From: a virus
Length of the DNA: 64,000 nucleotides
IMG/VR virus record: IMGVR_UViG_3300035181_001055
Span: 32,001-96,000 of that record
Direction: 5' to 3' (one strand)
Shown: one piece after another, positions 29,915-38,452 of the stretch
How the letters are laid out: every line of letters begins with the position of its first letter
Position numbering within the stretch: the first letter of the stretch is position 1
Notes under the pieces: model-generated
Databases searched by the model: none
What the model was told of the DNA's origin: nothing
What the model saw: the letters and a program-made list of their open reading frames with translations, nothing else
Made by a program: the position numbers and the translations under genes

Positions 29915-29969
29915 TCACGCATGATTTTTATTTGTGCTAAATTTTATCTAGAATTAATTTAATACATAG

Positions 29970-30368
29970 TATTCCACGGGGAGAGTTACATATCTCTCTG
30001 GCTCCCGTTACCTCGAATGCGCACCAACGCATTCATCGCCTGTGATTCATGATCGACATTCGTTTTGAACGCATGCCTACTGATGAATCCTGCCGTCTCA
30101 ATGTTCTTGACTTTTGCGGATCAGTCTTGAGCATCTACCAGCAAATGCTGTCGGCACCTTTGTCGCCCGTATGGGCCAAGATAAGTAGCAAGAACCAGTA
30201 CTACACTACTTACCTACCGCTTTCTGTCAACAACTGATAACCGTGGTCGTTGATCGCTTAGCTGCTGCCTTAGGCTTACTTGCGGTCTCCCTAATAGGCT
30301 TGTGACTTGAGGGAGTATCACTTAAGCATGATGATCGTACGCGCGTGCGCGCGACTGGTTTGTATCTT
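29970..30368 (-). ncRNA. Candidate structured non-coding RNA (family unknown)
   Basis: Lies immediately downstream of a perfect minus-strand sigma70 promoter, is GC-richer than its flanks and is dense in hairpins. Confidence 0.4.
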
Positions 30369-30374
30369 CTTCAT

Positions 30375-30403
30375 ATTATATTGACATCTCTCCGCGATGT
30401 CAA
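30375..30403 (-). promoter_or_regulatory. Perfect sigma70 promoter TTGACA-N17-TATAAT with UP-like A-tract and overlapping palindrome
   Basis: Minus strand reads AAAAAAAAGG TTGACA tcgcggagagatgtcaa TATAAT. Inverted repeat TTGACATC-N7-GATGTCAA at 30381-30403. Confidence 0.85.
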
Positions 30404-30421
30404 CCTTTTTTTTGCGTCACT

Positions 30422-30429
30422 TATAAATA
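30422..30429 (+). promoter_or_regulatory. T4 late promoter TATAAATA (gp17)
   Basis: Exact consensus upstream of gp17. Confidence 0.8.
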
Positions 30430-30450
30430 CGAAAGTGTTTAACAATTTTC

Positions 30451-32076
30451 GTGATCACGATGGCCGCTGTTTCTGATGTTCAGATTGATAGGACAGATCT
30501 ATGTTATAACGGGAATATCAAACTAAAGAAATCTGGTGTTAGCATCCCGTTCACGCAAGAACAAGTCGAAGAATATATCCGTTGCAAACGTGATATTGTA
30601 TATTTCATCAAGAATTATGTCAAGATCGTTTCTCTTGATCATGGACTAGTTCCGTTTGAATTGTATGATTTTCAAGAGGAAATGGTCAACACATTTCGAG
30701 ATAATCGTTATGTGATTTGTTTGCTTGCTCGACAGATGGGTAAAACGACAACGGTTGCTGCTTACTTGCTGTATGAGGCCATTTTCAAGAAAAATATGCG
30801 AATGGCGGTTTTAGCTAACAAAGGCGACACTGCTATAGAAATTCTCGATCGAATAAAGAAGATGTTTGAAGAACTGCCGTGGTTCTTAAAGCCAGGAGTT
30901 CAAGAATGGAATAAGAAATCGATTGAATTGAGTAATGGTTCGAAAATCATTTCTGCCGCAACAAGCTCAAGCTCCATTCGCGGTCAATCGATGAACATCA
31001 TATATCTCGATGAGCTTGCGTTCATTCAAAATGACGTCGAGTTCTTTGCTTCAACATACCCTGTCATTTCTTCAGGTAAGACGACTAAGGTTCTTATCAC
31101 ATCTACGCCTAACGGCATGAACCTTTTCTACAAGTTATGGGCTGACGCTGAAGCTGGTCGAAATAGTTTTGTTCCTAGGAAGTACTCTTGGCGTTACCAT
31201 CCGCATAGAGATGAAAAATGGAAAGAAGAAACGCTCAGAAACATTTCTCAGAAACAATTTGATCAAGAATATGAGCTGGAATTTTTTGGCAGCTCGGATA
31301 CACTTATAAGTGGCAACAAACTTCAGCAATTAACATTCATCGATCCTATTAAAACTGATACTATATTCAATGTTTATGAAGAGCCTGTTGAAGGGAAGAG
31401 TTATGTAGTGACAATTGATGTTTCTGAAGGGATTGGGAAAGACTATAGCGTAATCAATGTTTTCGACATTTCAATTCAGCCTTACAAGCAAGTCGCCGTT
31501 TACCGAAACAATATCATACCACCTTTGATGCTCGTTGATGTGGCGTATAAAATTTTGACTATGTATAATGAAGCTTATTGCATAGTTGAGTCGAATAGTA
31601 TCGGCAAAATTGTTGCTGACGGTCTTTACTTCGACCTAGAGTATGAGAATATGCTCACGTCAAAAGCAAAAGACGGAGAGAATGTGGTAAGCATCAGCGG
31701 AGAAGTTGTTGGGTTGAGGCAAACTAAAAAAACGAAGTTGATTGGTTGTAGTGCATTGAAAACTATGATTGAAAGCGGCACATTAGTAGTTACTGACTTC
31801 ATGACTGTGCAAGAACTTAGCACATTTGTTAAGCGTCATCATACATATCAAGCTGAGGACGGCAAAACAGATGACATAGTCATGACTTTGGTTTCGTTTT
31901 GCTGGTTCACCACTCAACCGTATTTCGAAGAACTGACTGATGTTAACGTTCGAGCTCTTATAAAGAGCAATTATATGAAAATGGAAGAAAACAATCATCT
32001 TATTTTCGGATTCTATGATGATGGGATTGATTACAATGATGGCGTGATCGAAGATCCTACGCTTTGGAAGAGTTGA
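30451..32076 (+). CDS. gp17: Terminase large subunit gp17
   Basis: CKRD.VYFIKNY.KIV.LD.GLVPF, Walker A LARQMGKTT, IYLDELAFI, STPNG.N.FY, D.SEGIG.DYS and DD.VM.LV.F.W. Confidence 0.97.
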   Translation: MITMAAVSDVQIDRTDLCYNGNIKLKKSGVSIPFTQEQVEEYIRCKRDIVYFIKNYVKIVSLDHGLVPFELYDFQEEMVNTFRDNRYVICLLARQMGKTTTVAAYLLYEAIFKKNMRMAVLANKGDTAIEILDRIKKMFEELPWFLKPGVQEWNKKSIELSNGSKIISAATSSSSIRGQSMNIIYLDELAFIQNDVEFFASTYPVISSGKTTKVLITSTPNGMNLFYKLWADAEAGRNSFVPRKYSWRYHPHRDEKWKEETLRNISQKQFDQEYELEFFGSSDTLISGNKLQQLTFIDPIKTDTIFNVYEEPVEGKSYVVTIDVSEGIGKDYSVINVFDISIQPYKQVAVYRNNIIPPLMLVDVAYKILTMYNEAYCIVESNSIGKIVADGLYFDLEYENMLTSKAKDGENVVSISGEVVGLRQTKKTKLIGCSALKTMIESGTLVVTDFMTVQELSTFVKRHHTYQAEDGKTDDIVMTLVSFCWFTTQPYFEELTDVNVRALIKSNYMKMEENNHLIFGFYDDGIDYNDGVIEDPTLWKS

Positions 32077-32092
32077 TTTGAATGCTTTTTTG

Positions 32093-32100
32093 TATAAATA
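32093..32100 (+). promoter_or_regulatory. T4 late promoter TATAAATA (gp18)
   Basis: Exact consensus in the gp17-gp18 gap. Confidence 0.8.
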
Positions 32101-32146
32101 AATTTGACACTTTCTGGTGAAAGAGAAACAACCCTAGGAGATTTAT

Positions 32147-34117
32147 ATGTCATCTATAACTCAACTTAGTCCAGGGGTAGCCTCAAGAGAAATTGACCTG
32201 ACTAACTTCGTGCCTAATGCCGGCATGAGCGGCGGTGCATTTGTGGGTCAATTCGTATGGGGTCCAGTGCTTAAGTATACGGTTATCAACAATGTCAATG
32301 AGCTTGCTAGTGTTTTCGGTAAGCCTACTGAAGATAACTATATTGATTGGTATACGGCGAGCAACTTCCTGGCTTATACAAGCAATCTAAATGTTATTCG
32401 CGTGGTTGATGAAGCCTCTGCGAAAAATGCAACCGCCGATGGCCTTGGCCTCTTGATTAAGAATGACGATCATTTCCATATCATTTTCGGCACAAATACG
32501 TCTGCTCAGTTTGCAGCTCGCTGTCCTGGATTGATTGGGAATAGTTTGAAAGTGAGCATTGCTGATTCTGCTACTTTTAACGCGTGGGATTACAAAGACC
32601 AATTTGATTTCGCTCCTGGAACGAGTGAATTCGCAACCGCCGTCGGGGCATCGAATGATGAAGTTCACGTCGTTGTTGTTGATGAAGATGGGTTGTTTAC
32701 AGGCGTTCCTGGGGCAATTCTCGAGAAATATGCTTTTTTGAGCAAAGCAAGCGACGCTAAGCAGTTGGATGGCGCCCCCGCTTTCTACGGAAATGTTCTT
32801 AATAATCAGAGCAATTACGTGTATTATCTAGGAGCTCCTTCCGATTCTGATTTGGTTGCAAATAATTATGTTTCTGCTGTCAACGTAACAAATGGCGGTT
32901 CTGGCTATACTACAGCCACTGTTACTTTCAGCGCAGCTCCTGCTGGAGGCACAACTGCAACAGGCACTGCTGTTATAACTGGCGGAGCTATTACAGGAAT
33001 CACAATCACCAATCCTGGCGCTGGGTATGTTTCAGCTCCATCAGTGACTATTTCTGGTGATGGGACTGGCGCGACAGCAACTGCAGTTGTCTCCGATATT
33101 GCTTTTGATAATTGGGCTCAGACAGCGTTATCTGATAGCGGACAGCCTCGAAAATTTGCTAGTTTGAACGGCCAGTTCAGTAAGAGTTTGGCTGGTGGAT
33201 CGAATGGTGTTGCTCCGACAAGTGGTCAAATTACCACAGGTTGGGATATGTTCCGCAATTCTGAAGAAGTGGACGTTTCTCTTCTTTTCTTGGGAGCTGC
33301 TGGCGGCCCTTCTTCTAGCACGGCTGTTATTCAGCATGTCATCGACAACATTGCCGAAGTTAGAAAAGATTGCGTTGTATTCTTCAGCCCCGATTTGCAG
33401 GATGTATTGAATCACACTCAAACTGATTCAACTACTAATGTTGTTGCCAAGAGAAATGCTATTGCTAGAAGTACTAGCTATGCTGTTATGGATAGCGGGT
33501 GGAAGCTCCAGTATGATGTTTTTGCCGATAAGTATCGTTGGATTCCTTTGAATGGGGATATCGCAGGTCTTTGCGCTGGAACTGACAAGAGCTATGACCC
33601 CTGGTGGAGTCCTGCTGGTTTCAACCGCGGCAAAATCAAGAATGTTGTTAGCCTCGCTTTCAATCCGAATAAGGCGTCGCGCGATGAGCTGTATAAGAGC
33701 AATGTTAACCCTGTCGTGACATTCACTGGTGACGGCACTGTTCTCTACGGCGACAAAACTCTTCAATCTAAAGCTAGTGCTTTTAGCTATATCAATATCC
33801 GTCGTCTGTTCATTGTTCTTGAGAAGTCAATTTCTACAGCTGCCAAGTACCAGCTGTTTGAGTTCAATGACCAGTACACTCGAGCACAATTTAAGAACAT
33901 GGTTGAGCCTTTCTTGCGTGAAGTTAAAGGACGCCGCGGGATTTATGATTTCAAGGTTGTATGCGATGAAACGAATAATACTAGCGATGTTATTGATAGA
34001 GGCGAATTCGTTGCTAGCATTTTCGTTAAACCAGCGCGTAGTATCAATTTCATCACTCTCAACTTTGTTGCTGTTCGCACTGGCGTTGATTTCAATGAAG
34101 TTGTCGGTTCAGTTTAA
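32147..34117 (+). CDS. gp18: Tail sheath protein gp18
   Basis: LSPGV.SREIDLT, G.FVWGPV, WWSPAGFNRG.IK, RD.LY...VNPV, INIRRLFI.LEK and KPARSINFITLNFVAVRTGVDF.E. Confidence 0.97.
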   Translation: MSSITQLSPGVASREIDLTNFVPNAGMSGGAFVGQFVWGPVLKYTVINNVNELASVFGKPTEDNYIDWYTASNFLAYTSNLNVIRVVDEASAKNATADGLGLLIKNDDHFHIIFGTNTSAQFAARCPGLIGNSLKVSIADSATFNAWDYKDQFDFAPGTSEFATAVGASNDEVHVVVVDEDGLFTGVPGAILEKYAFLSKASDAKQLDGAPAFYGNVLNNQSNYVYYLGAPSDSDLVANNYVSAVNVTNGGSGYTTATVTFSAAPAGGTTATGTAVITGGAITGITITNPGAGYVSAPSVTISGDGTGATATAVVSDIAFDNWAQTALSDSGQPRKFASLNGQFSKSLAGGSNGVAPTSGQITTGWDMFRNSEEVDVSLLFLGAAGGPSSSTAVIQHVIDNIAEVRKDCVVFFSPDLQDVLNHTQTDSTTNVVAKRNAIARSTSYAVMDSGWKLQYDVFADKYRWIPLNGDIAGLCAGTDKSYDPWWSPAGFNRGKIKNVVSLAFNPNKASRDELYKSNVNPVVTFTGDGTVLYGDKTLQSKASAFSYINIRRLFIVLEKSISTAAKYQLFEFNDQYTRAQFKNMVEPFLREVKGRRGIYDFKVVCDETNNTSDVIDRGEFVASIFVKPARSINFITLNFVAVRTGVDFNEVVGSV

Positions 34118-34130
34118 TTAGGAGTCGAAT

Positions 34131-34673
34131 ATGCCAGATCCAAGTATAAATTCGTTCATTGCGAACTTTCAGGGCGGTGGCGCTCGTCCAAATCGCTATG
34201 AAGTCATTCTAACATTCCCTGCATTGGTGGCGAATCCGTTTGCTACAACGAAGGCTAGTTACACATGCAAAGCCTCTTCAATTCCATCTAGCAACATGGG
34301 CGCGGTTGATGTTCCATATATGGGCCGAGCAGTGAAAGTTGCAGGCGATAAAACTTTTGACGACTGGAACGTTACTATCATCAACGACTCTGATTTCAGC
34401 GTCAGAGATACATTTGAACGATGGGTTGATAGAATCCTAGGTCATGACCGCAATGTCGCTGAAAGCGGATGGGAAAATCCATCAAATTACTATGCTAACG
34501 CAGTAGTTCGTCAACTTGGTCGTGAAAATCAAGTCTTGAAGGAGTATACTGTTGAGGGGATATTCCCGACGCAAGTTGGGGATATTCAACTAGGTTACGA
34601 CCAGAATGACCAAGTTGAAGAATTCCAGGTGACTTTTGCAGTTAATTACTGGTCTGCTGCAACCACCACTTGA
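34131..34673 (+). CDS. gp19: Tail tube protein gp19
   Basis: GGGARPNRYEV, VPYMGR.VK.AGD.TFDDW.VT.IND.DF..R..FE.W and EEF.VTF..NYW. Confidence 0.96.
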   Translation: MPDPSINSFIANFQGGGARPNRYEVILTFPALVANPFATTKASYTCKASSIPSSNMGAVDVPYMGRAVKVAGDKTFDDWNVTIINDSDFSVRDTFERWVDRILGHDRNVAESGWENPSNYYANAVVRQLGRENQVLKEYTVEGIFPTQVGDIQLGYDQNDQVEEFQVTFAVNYWSAATTT

Positions 34674-34680
34674 TTAAATA

Positions 34681-34709
34681 AAAGAGAGGAGATGCATCTC
34701 CTCTCTTTT
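34681..34709 (+). terminator. Intrinsic terminator after gp19 (possibly bidirectional)
   Basis: Perfect inverted repeat AAAGAGAGGAGAT-GC-ATCTCCTCTCTTT(T). Confidence 0.75.
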
Positions 34710-34743
34710 AAGTTCTAAGCGCGAAATTTATTCTGAGGAATAG

Positions 34744-36327
34744 TTGATGAATATTTTTGGTTACACAATCACAAAAAACAAAAAGATTGGTAAGCTTGAA
34801 GCATTCCAAATAGAATCTGATCCGTCTTCGGAGGTTCTTGGCGCCAATGCAGCAGGCGTAATGTTATATAACTATGATCTCGTCACTGTTCCTGAGAATG
34901 AGGCTGAATTAATTAGAACATATCGTCGCATTGCGATGAGTCCTGATGTTGATTTGGCTCTGACAGAAATTAGAAATGAAATCTTTATTTTTGACGTGAC
35001 TGGACGTCGCGCTATTGATTTGGGGTTCACTAATGATTCTAAATTGAGCGAATCTGTTAAAAGTAAAATTGTAGAAGAGTTTGTTAATTTATATAGTATT
35101 ATTGATTTCAATAATAGTGGCCTTTCTTTGTTCATGGATTGGTATATTGATGGTAAGATGTTCTTGCATAAAGTTATTGATACTTCTAAGCCGAAAGAAG
35201 GGATTAAGAAAATCATCCCTATTGATCCTTTGAAGATCAAGAAAATAAGAGAAGTGCCAATTCCTGACGCCAATGGCATTTATAACGCGGCTGATGTTGT
35301 TGAATACTACATATACGTTGACACACCTGACGGAATAGGAAAAGCGTCATATGCAGAAATTAATCGTGGATTGAAGATAAATCCCGACGCAATTTCTTAT
35401 TCTGATAGTGGGATCTACGATAAGAATTCAAATACCGTTCTGGGTCATCTCTACAAAGCTATTGTCCCGTTCAATAATTTGCGTTTGATGGAAGATAGTT
35501 TGATTGTTTATCGCGTGAGCAGAGCGCCCGAAAGAAGAGTAATTTATGTTGACGTTGGTAGTCTTCCTAAGAATAAAGCTGAGCAGTACATGCGTGATTT
35601 GATGAATCGCTTTAAGAATAAGCTCGTTTATGATAGCAGAACAGGCAGCATAGTTGACAGAAAAAATATTCTAAGCATGATCGAGGACTACTGGCTTCCT
35701 CGTCGTGACGGCGGAAGAGGCACCGAAATTACAACTCTTCCTGGCGGAGAAAATCTTGGTATAGTTGATGACGTTACATATTTTAGAAATAAGCTGTATC
35801 AGAGTTTGAATGTGCCTGTAAGTCGATTCCAAGATGACCCTCCTGTATTTTCTTTTGGTAAGGGCACTGAAATAAATCGAGACGAATATCGATTCAAGAA
35901 ATTTATTGATCGTTTGCGTCAAAGATTTATGTTCTTGTTTGAGGATTTGCTTAAGACGCAGTTGCTTCTAAAGAATGTTATCACTGAGAAGGACTGGGAT
36001 GCAATTCGTCGTAGTTTGCAATGGGAATATGCTGAAGATAATAACTTTGTTGAATACAAAGAGAGCGAGATACTAAATAATAGAATAAACACTTTAACTC
36101 AGATTGATCCTTTCGTAGGCAAGTACTTCACGAAAGATTGGGTTCTGAGGAATGTGCTTAAATTCAGCGATGAAGAAGCTAAACAGGTTAATAAAGAGTT
36201 TCCGTCCGATCAGGAGTCGCCTGATTCTGATAGACCCGAAAATTTTAGAAAGTCTGATGATTCTGAAGACTTAGGAGATTCTGAAAACGATAACTTTCCT
36301 GAGAAACAGAATAAAGAATGGCAATAA
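34744..36327 (+). CDS. gp20: Portal protein gp20
   Basis: LI..YR.IA..P.VD.A..EI.NE, MED.LIVYR.SRAPERR.IYVDVG.LPK.KAEQY, EDYWLPRR.GGRGTEITTLPGG.NLG. Confidence 0.97.
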   Translation: MMNIFGYTITKNKKIGKLEAFQIESDPSSEVLGANAAGVMLYNYDLVTVPENEAELIRTYRRIAMSPDVDLALTEIRNEIFIFDVTGRRAIDLGFTNDSKLSESVKSKIVEEFVNLYSIIDFNNSGLSLFMDWYIDGKMFLHKVIDTSKPKEGIKKIIPIDPLKIKKIREVPIPDANGIYNAADVVEYYIYVDTPDGIGKASYAEINRGLKINPDAISYSDSGIYDKNSNTVLGHLYKAIVPFNNLRLMEDSLIVYRVSRAPERRVIYVDVGSLPKNKAEQYMRDLMNRFKNKLVYDSRTGSIVDRKNILSMIEDYWLPRRDGGRGTEITTLPGGENLGIVDDVTYFRNKLYQSLNVPVSRFQDDPPVFSFGKGTEINRDEYRFKKFIDRLRQRFMFLFEDLLKTQLLLKNVITEKDWDAIRRSLQWEYAEDNNFVEYKESEILNNRINTLTQIDPFVGKYFTKDWVLRNVLKFSDEEAKQVNKEFPSDQESPDSDRPENFRKSDDSEDLGDSENDNFPEKQNKEWQ

Positions 36328-36339
36328 GGAGAAAATGAC

Positions 36340-36990
36340 GTGGAAAAGAAAGATTTTGTAAAACAAGTTTCTAATAGTCTTATGCAAAATAATCCACTAG
36401 GATTTCATAAGATTGTTTCGAAGCGTTTGAAAGAACTGTTCAAGCAAAGAATGACACGTCTTGCTGAGGATTTCTCTAGCCAAGAAGTTGAAGCTGTGAC
36501 AAAAATCGAAAATGCTGCCAAGAGTTTTGGCGGAGATTCTGTTTATGATAACGGAGTTTTGATTGTCACATTGAGAGGCAAGCAAAGCGCCATGGGGTTT
36601 AGTGATTGGCTCGATGAATGCGAGTATGTAGATAGTTACGAAGCAGAAATTATAAGCAAATCTCCTTTGGATAAGTATTCTGAACAAGGTGAGGTTGACC
36701 TCGACTTCACTACCGATGAACAGACATTTGAATTCACGGTTTATCTTGAACCTGAATTGGTTCAATTTGAATTTGGCTATGATGAGCAAGAAATTGGGGA
36801 AAGTGCAAATGAAGAAAGCGAAAAAATGAAATGTGAGAAAGGATTTGTTTGGAATTCAAAATCCAAATCGTGTGAAAAGATTACTGAAGGTAGGCTGTCT
36901 ATTATTCGAAAGGCAGTTCGAGAGTCTTTGATGAAGAAGAGGAAAGACAAGGGCTATGTTTTCAGAGCTCGTGTTGTTAAAAAGAAGTAA
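36340..36990 (+). CDS. Prohead core protein (gp67/gp68-like position)
   Basis: Lies between gp20 and gp21, with an acidic middle and a basic C-terminus (SIIRKAVRESLMKKRK). Confidence 0.5.
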   Translation: MEKKDFVKQVSNSLMQNNPLGFHKIVSKRLKELFKQRMTRLAEDFSSQEVEAVTKIENAAKSFGGDSVYDNGVLIVTLRGKQSAMGFSDWLDECEYVDSYEAEIISKSPLDKYSEQGEVDLDFTTDEQTFEFTVYLEPELVQFEFGYDEQEIGESANEESEKMKCEKGFVWNSKSKSCEKITEGRLSIIRKAVRESLMKKRKDKGYVFRARVVKKK

Positions 36991-37015
36991 GCCTAGATAT
37001 TTTTAAGGTTTAGAA

Positions 37016-37669
37016 ATGAAACTACTAGTCGAACTAAATGACAATATCGACGTTCAAGTTATAACTGAAGGCGTCGGAGAAAATAAGCAGTATTACATTG
37101 AAGGCGTTTTTCTTCAAGGTAATATTAAGAATAAGAACGGCAGAATTTACCCTCGTGATGTTCTGCAGAATGAGACGAGAAGATATATTGATGAGTATGT
37201 GAAAACAAATAGAGCTCTGGGCGAATTAGGCCATCCGACGAATCCGAGCATCAATTTAGACCGTGTCTCGCACAAAATAATTAGCTTGAAAGAAGATGGT
37301 GATAATATTGTTGGTCGAGCAAAAATTATGGACACTCCTTTCGGCAAGATAGTGAAGAGTTTGATGGATGAAGGCGTCACTCTAGGCGTTAGCAGTCGAG
37401 GGCTTGGCAGTCTTCAGGAGAAAAATGGCGCTAAAGTTGTTTGTGATGATTTTCATCTCGTCACGGCAGCTGATATAGTTGCTGATCCATCTGCGCCAGA
37501 TGCGCTTGTAACTAATATCATGGAAAATAAAGAATGGGCATGGGAAAATGGTAAATTGGTTGAGCGTGAAGTTGAAATTAAAAAAGTTATAAATACTAGT
37601 GCTAGAAAGAAAAAACTGAATGAAGAAAATCTTATAAAGATTTTCGAATACATTCTGTCACAGGTTTAA
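37016..37669 (+). CDS. gp21: Prohead protease gp21
   Basis: YYIEGVFLQ..IKN.NGRIYP, RALGELGHP, VSHKI, LGVSSRG.GS and DIVADPSAPDA.V. Confidence 0.96.
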   Translation: MKLLVELNDNIDVQVITEGVGENKQYYIEGVFLQGNIKNKNGRIYPRDVLQNETRRYIDEYVKTNRALGELGHPTNPSINLDRVSHKIISLKEDGDNIVGRAKIMDTPFGKIVKSLMDEGVTLGVSSRGLGSLQEKNGAKVVCDDFHLVTAADIVADPSAPDALVTNIMENKEWAWENGKLVEREVEIKKVINTSARKKKLNEENLIKIFEYILSQV

Positions 37670-37678
37670 GGGGATGAT

Positions 37679-38407
37679 ATGAACATCACGAAAGAATTGA
37701 AAAGACATCTTGCAGGAGTCAATCTCTCTGAAGATACTTTGATTAAGCTCAAACTTATGATTGAGCGAGAAATCAAAGCTAGAACTAAATCATTGCGTGA
37801 AGAGATTGCGTCTACTAAGAGAGATCACAATCTTCAAATTAAGAGGATTAAGGCTAAAGCTGATGAGTATGGTCAATATATTGTGAATGAAATGGCTGAT
37901 AAAGTTGATGCCTATTCTGTATATGTGGTTGAGCAGTTCATTAAAGATAATAAAGAATCATTGGTTGAGCATAAAGAATATGTTCGAATGAAAAAGGTTT
38001 TTGACCGCGTTAAGCGTTCGTTTGAAGACGGCTTGTTTAAGCTCGATGAATCGTCTGCTCTAACAAAAATTCAAAATAAACTCGATGAGAGCACGAAAGC
38101 GTATAATAAGTTGTTTGAGGAATCCGTTGCTCTTAAGAAGAAGCTCGAAGAGCAGCAGTATGCTATTGTTTTTGAGAACCTGACAAAAGATCTCGCTGAC
38201 ACGCAACGCGAAAAGGTGTCGAAGCTCATTGAGAATGTTAGCTTCGCATCAGTGAATGAGTTTAAGCGTGGGGTTGAATTGATGATTGAAGAAATCGTCG
38301 CTAGCTCCAAGTCTGAAAAATTGAATGAGGTAGGGTCTAAAGATCCTAAGAAGGGCAAGCCTGTGCCTCAAAATGATAAGATGACTCAATATCTGAGTCA
38401 CCTTTGA
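37679..38407 (+). CDS. gp22: Prohead core scaffold gp22
   Basis: Helical and charged, with KVD.Y..YVVE.F..DN and L.DTQREK...LIE.V, between gp21 and gp23. Confidence 0.8.
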   Translation: MNITKELKRHLAGVNLSEDTLIKLKLMIEREIKARTKSLREEIASTKRDHNLQIKRIKAKADEYGQYIVNEMADKVDAYSVYVVEQFIKDNKESLVEHKEYVRMKKVFDRVKRSFEDGLFKLDESSALTKIQNKLDESTKAYNKLFEESVALKKKLEEQQYAIVFENLTKDLADTQREKVSKLIENVSFASVNEFKRGVELMIEEIVASSKSEKLNEVGSKDPKKGKPVPQNDKMTQYLSHL

Positions 38408-38415
38408 TATAAATA
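38408..38415 (+). promoter_or_regulatory. T4 late promoter TATAAATA (gp23)
   Basis: Exact consensus, with an AAGGAG RBS at 38441. Confidence 0.8.
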
Positions 38416-38452
38416 AATTTTGTTAAACCCTACCGAATTAAAGGAGAAGTAT

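Larger units (their letters stand above)
29747..30450. other. Non-coding gp16-gp17 gap, candidate replication origin
   Basis: No credible ORF. Contains twin hairpins with identical loops, an AT-rich tract (~29920-29972) and AGATCT/TCTAGA repeats, and the strand skew appears to reverse across it. Confidence 0.5.

Noticed and set aside
30049-30237. 62-aa + strand ORF in the gp16-gp17 gap
   Set aside because: No RBS or recognisable motif, and it lies inside the hairpin-dense segment opposite a strong minus-strand promoter.
29747-30450. Group I/II intron, homing endonuclease or CRISPR array in the gap
   Set aside because: The flanking genes are intact, there is no endonuclease or RT ORF, and no intron core motifs were recognised. 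The 17-bp repeat has only two copies 17 nt apart.
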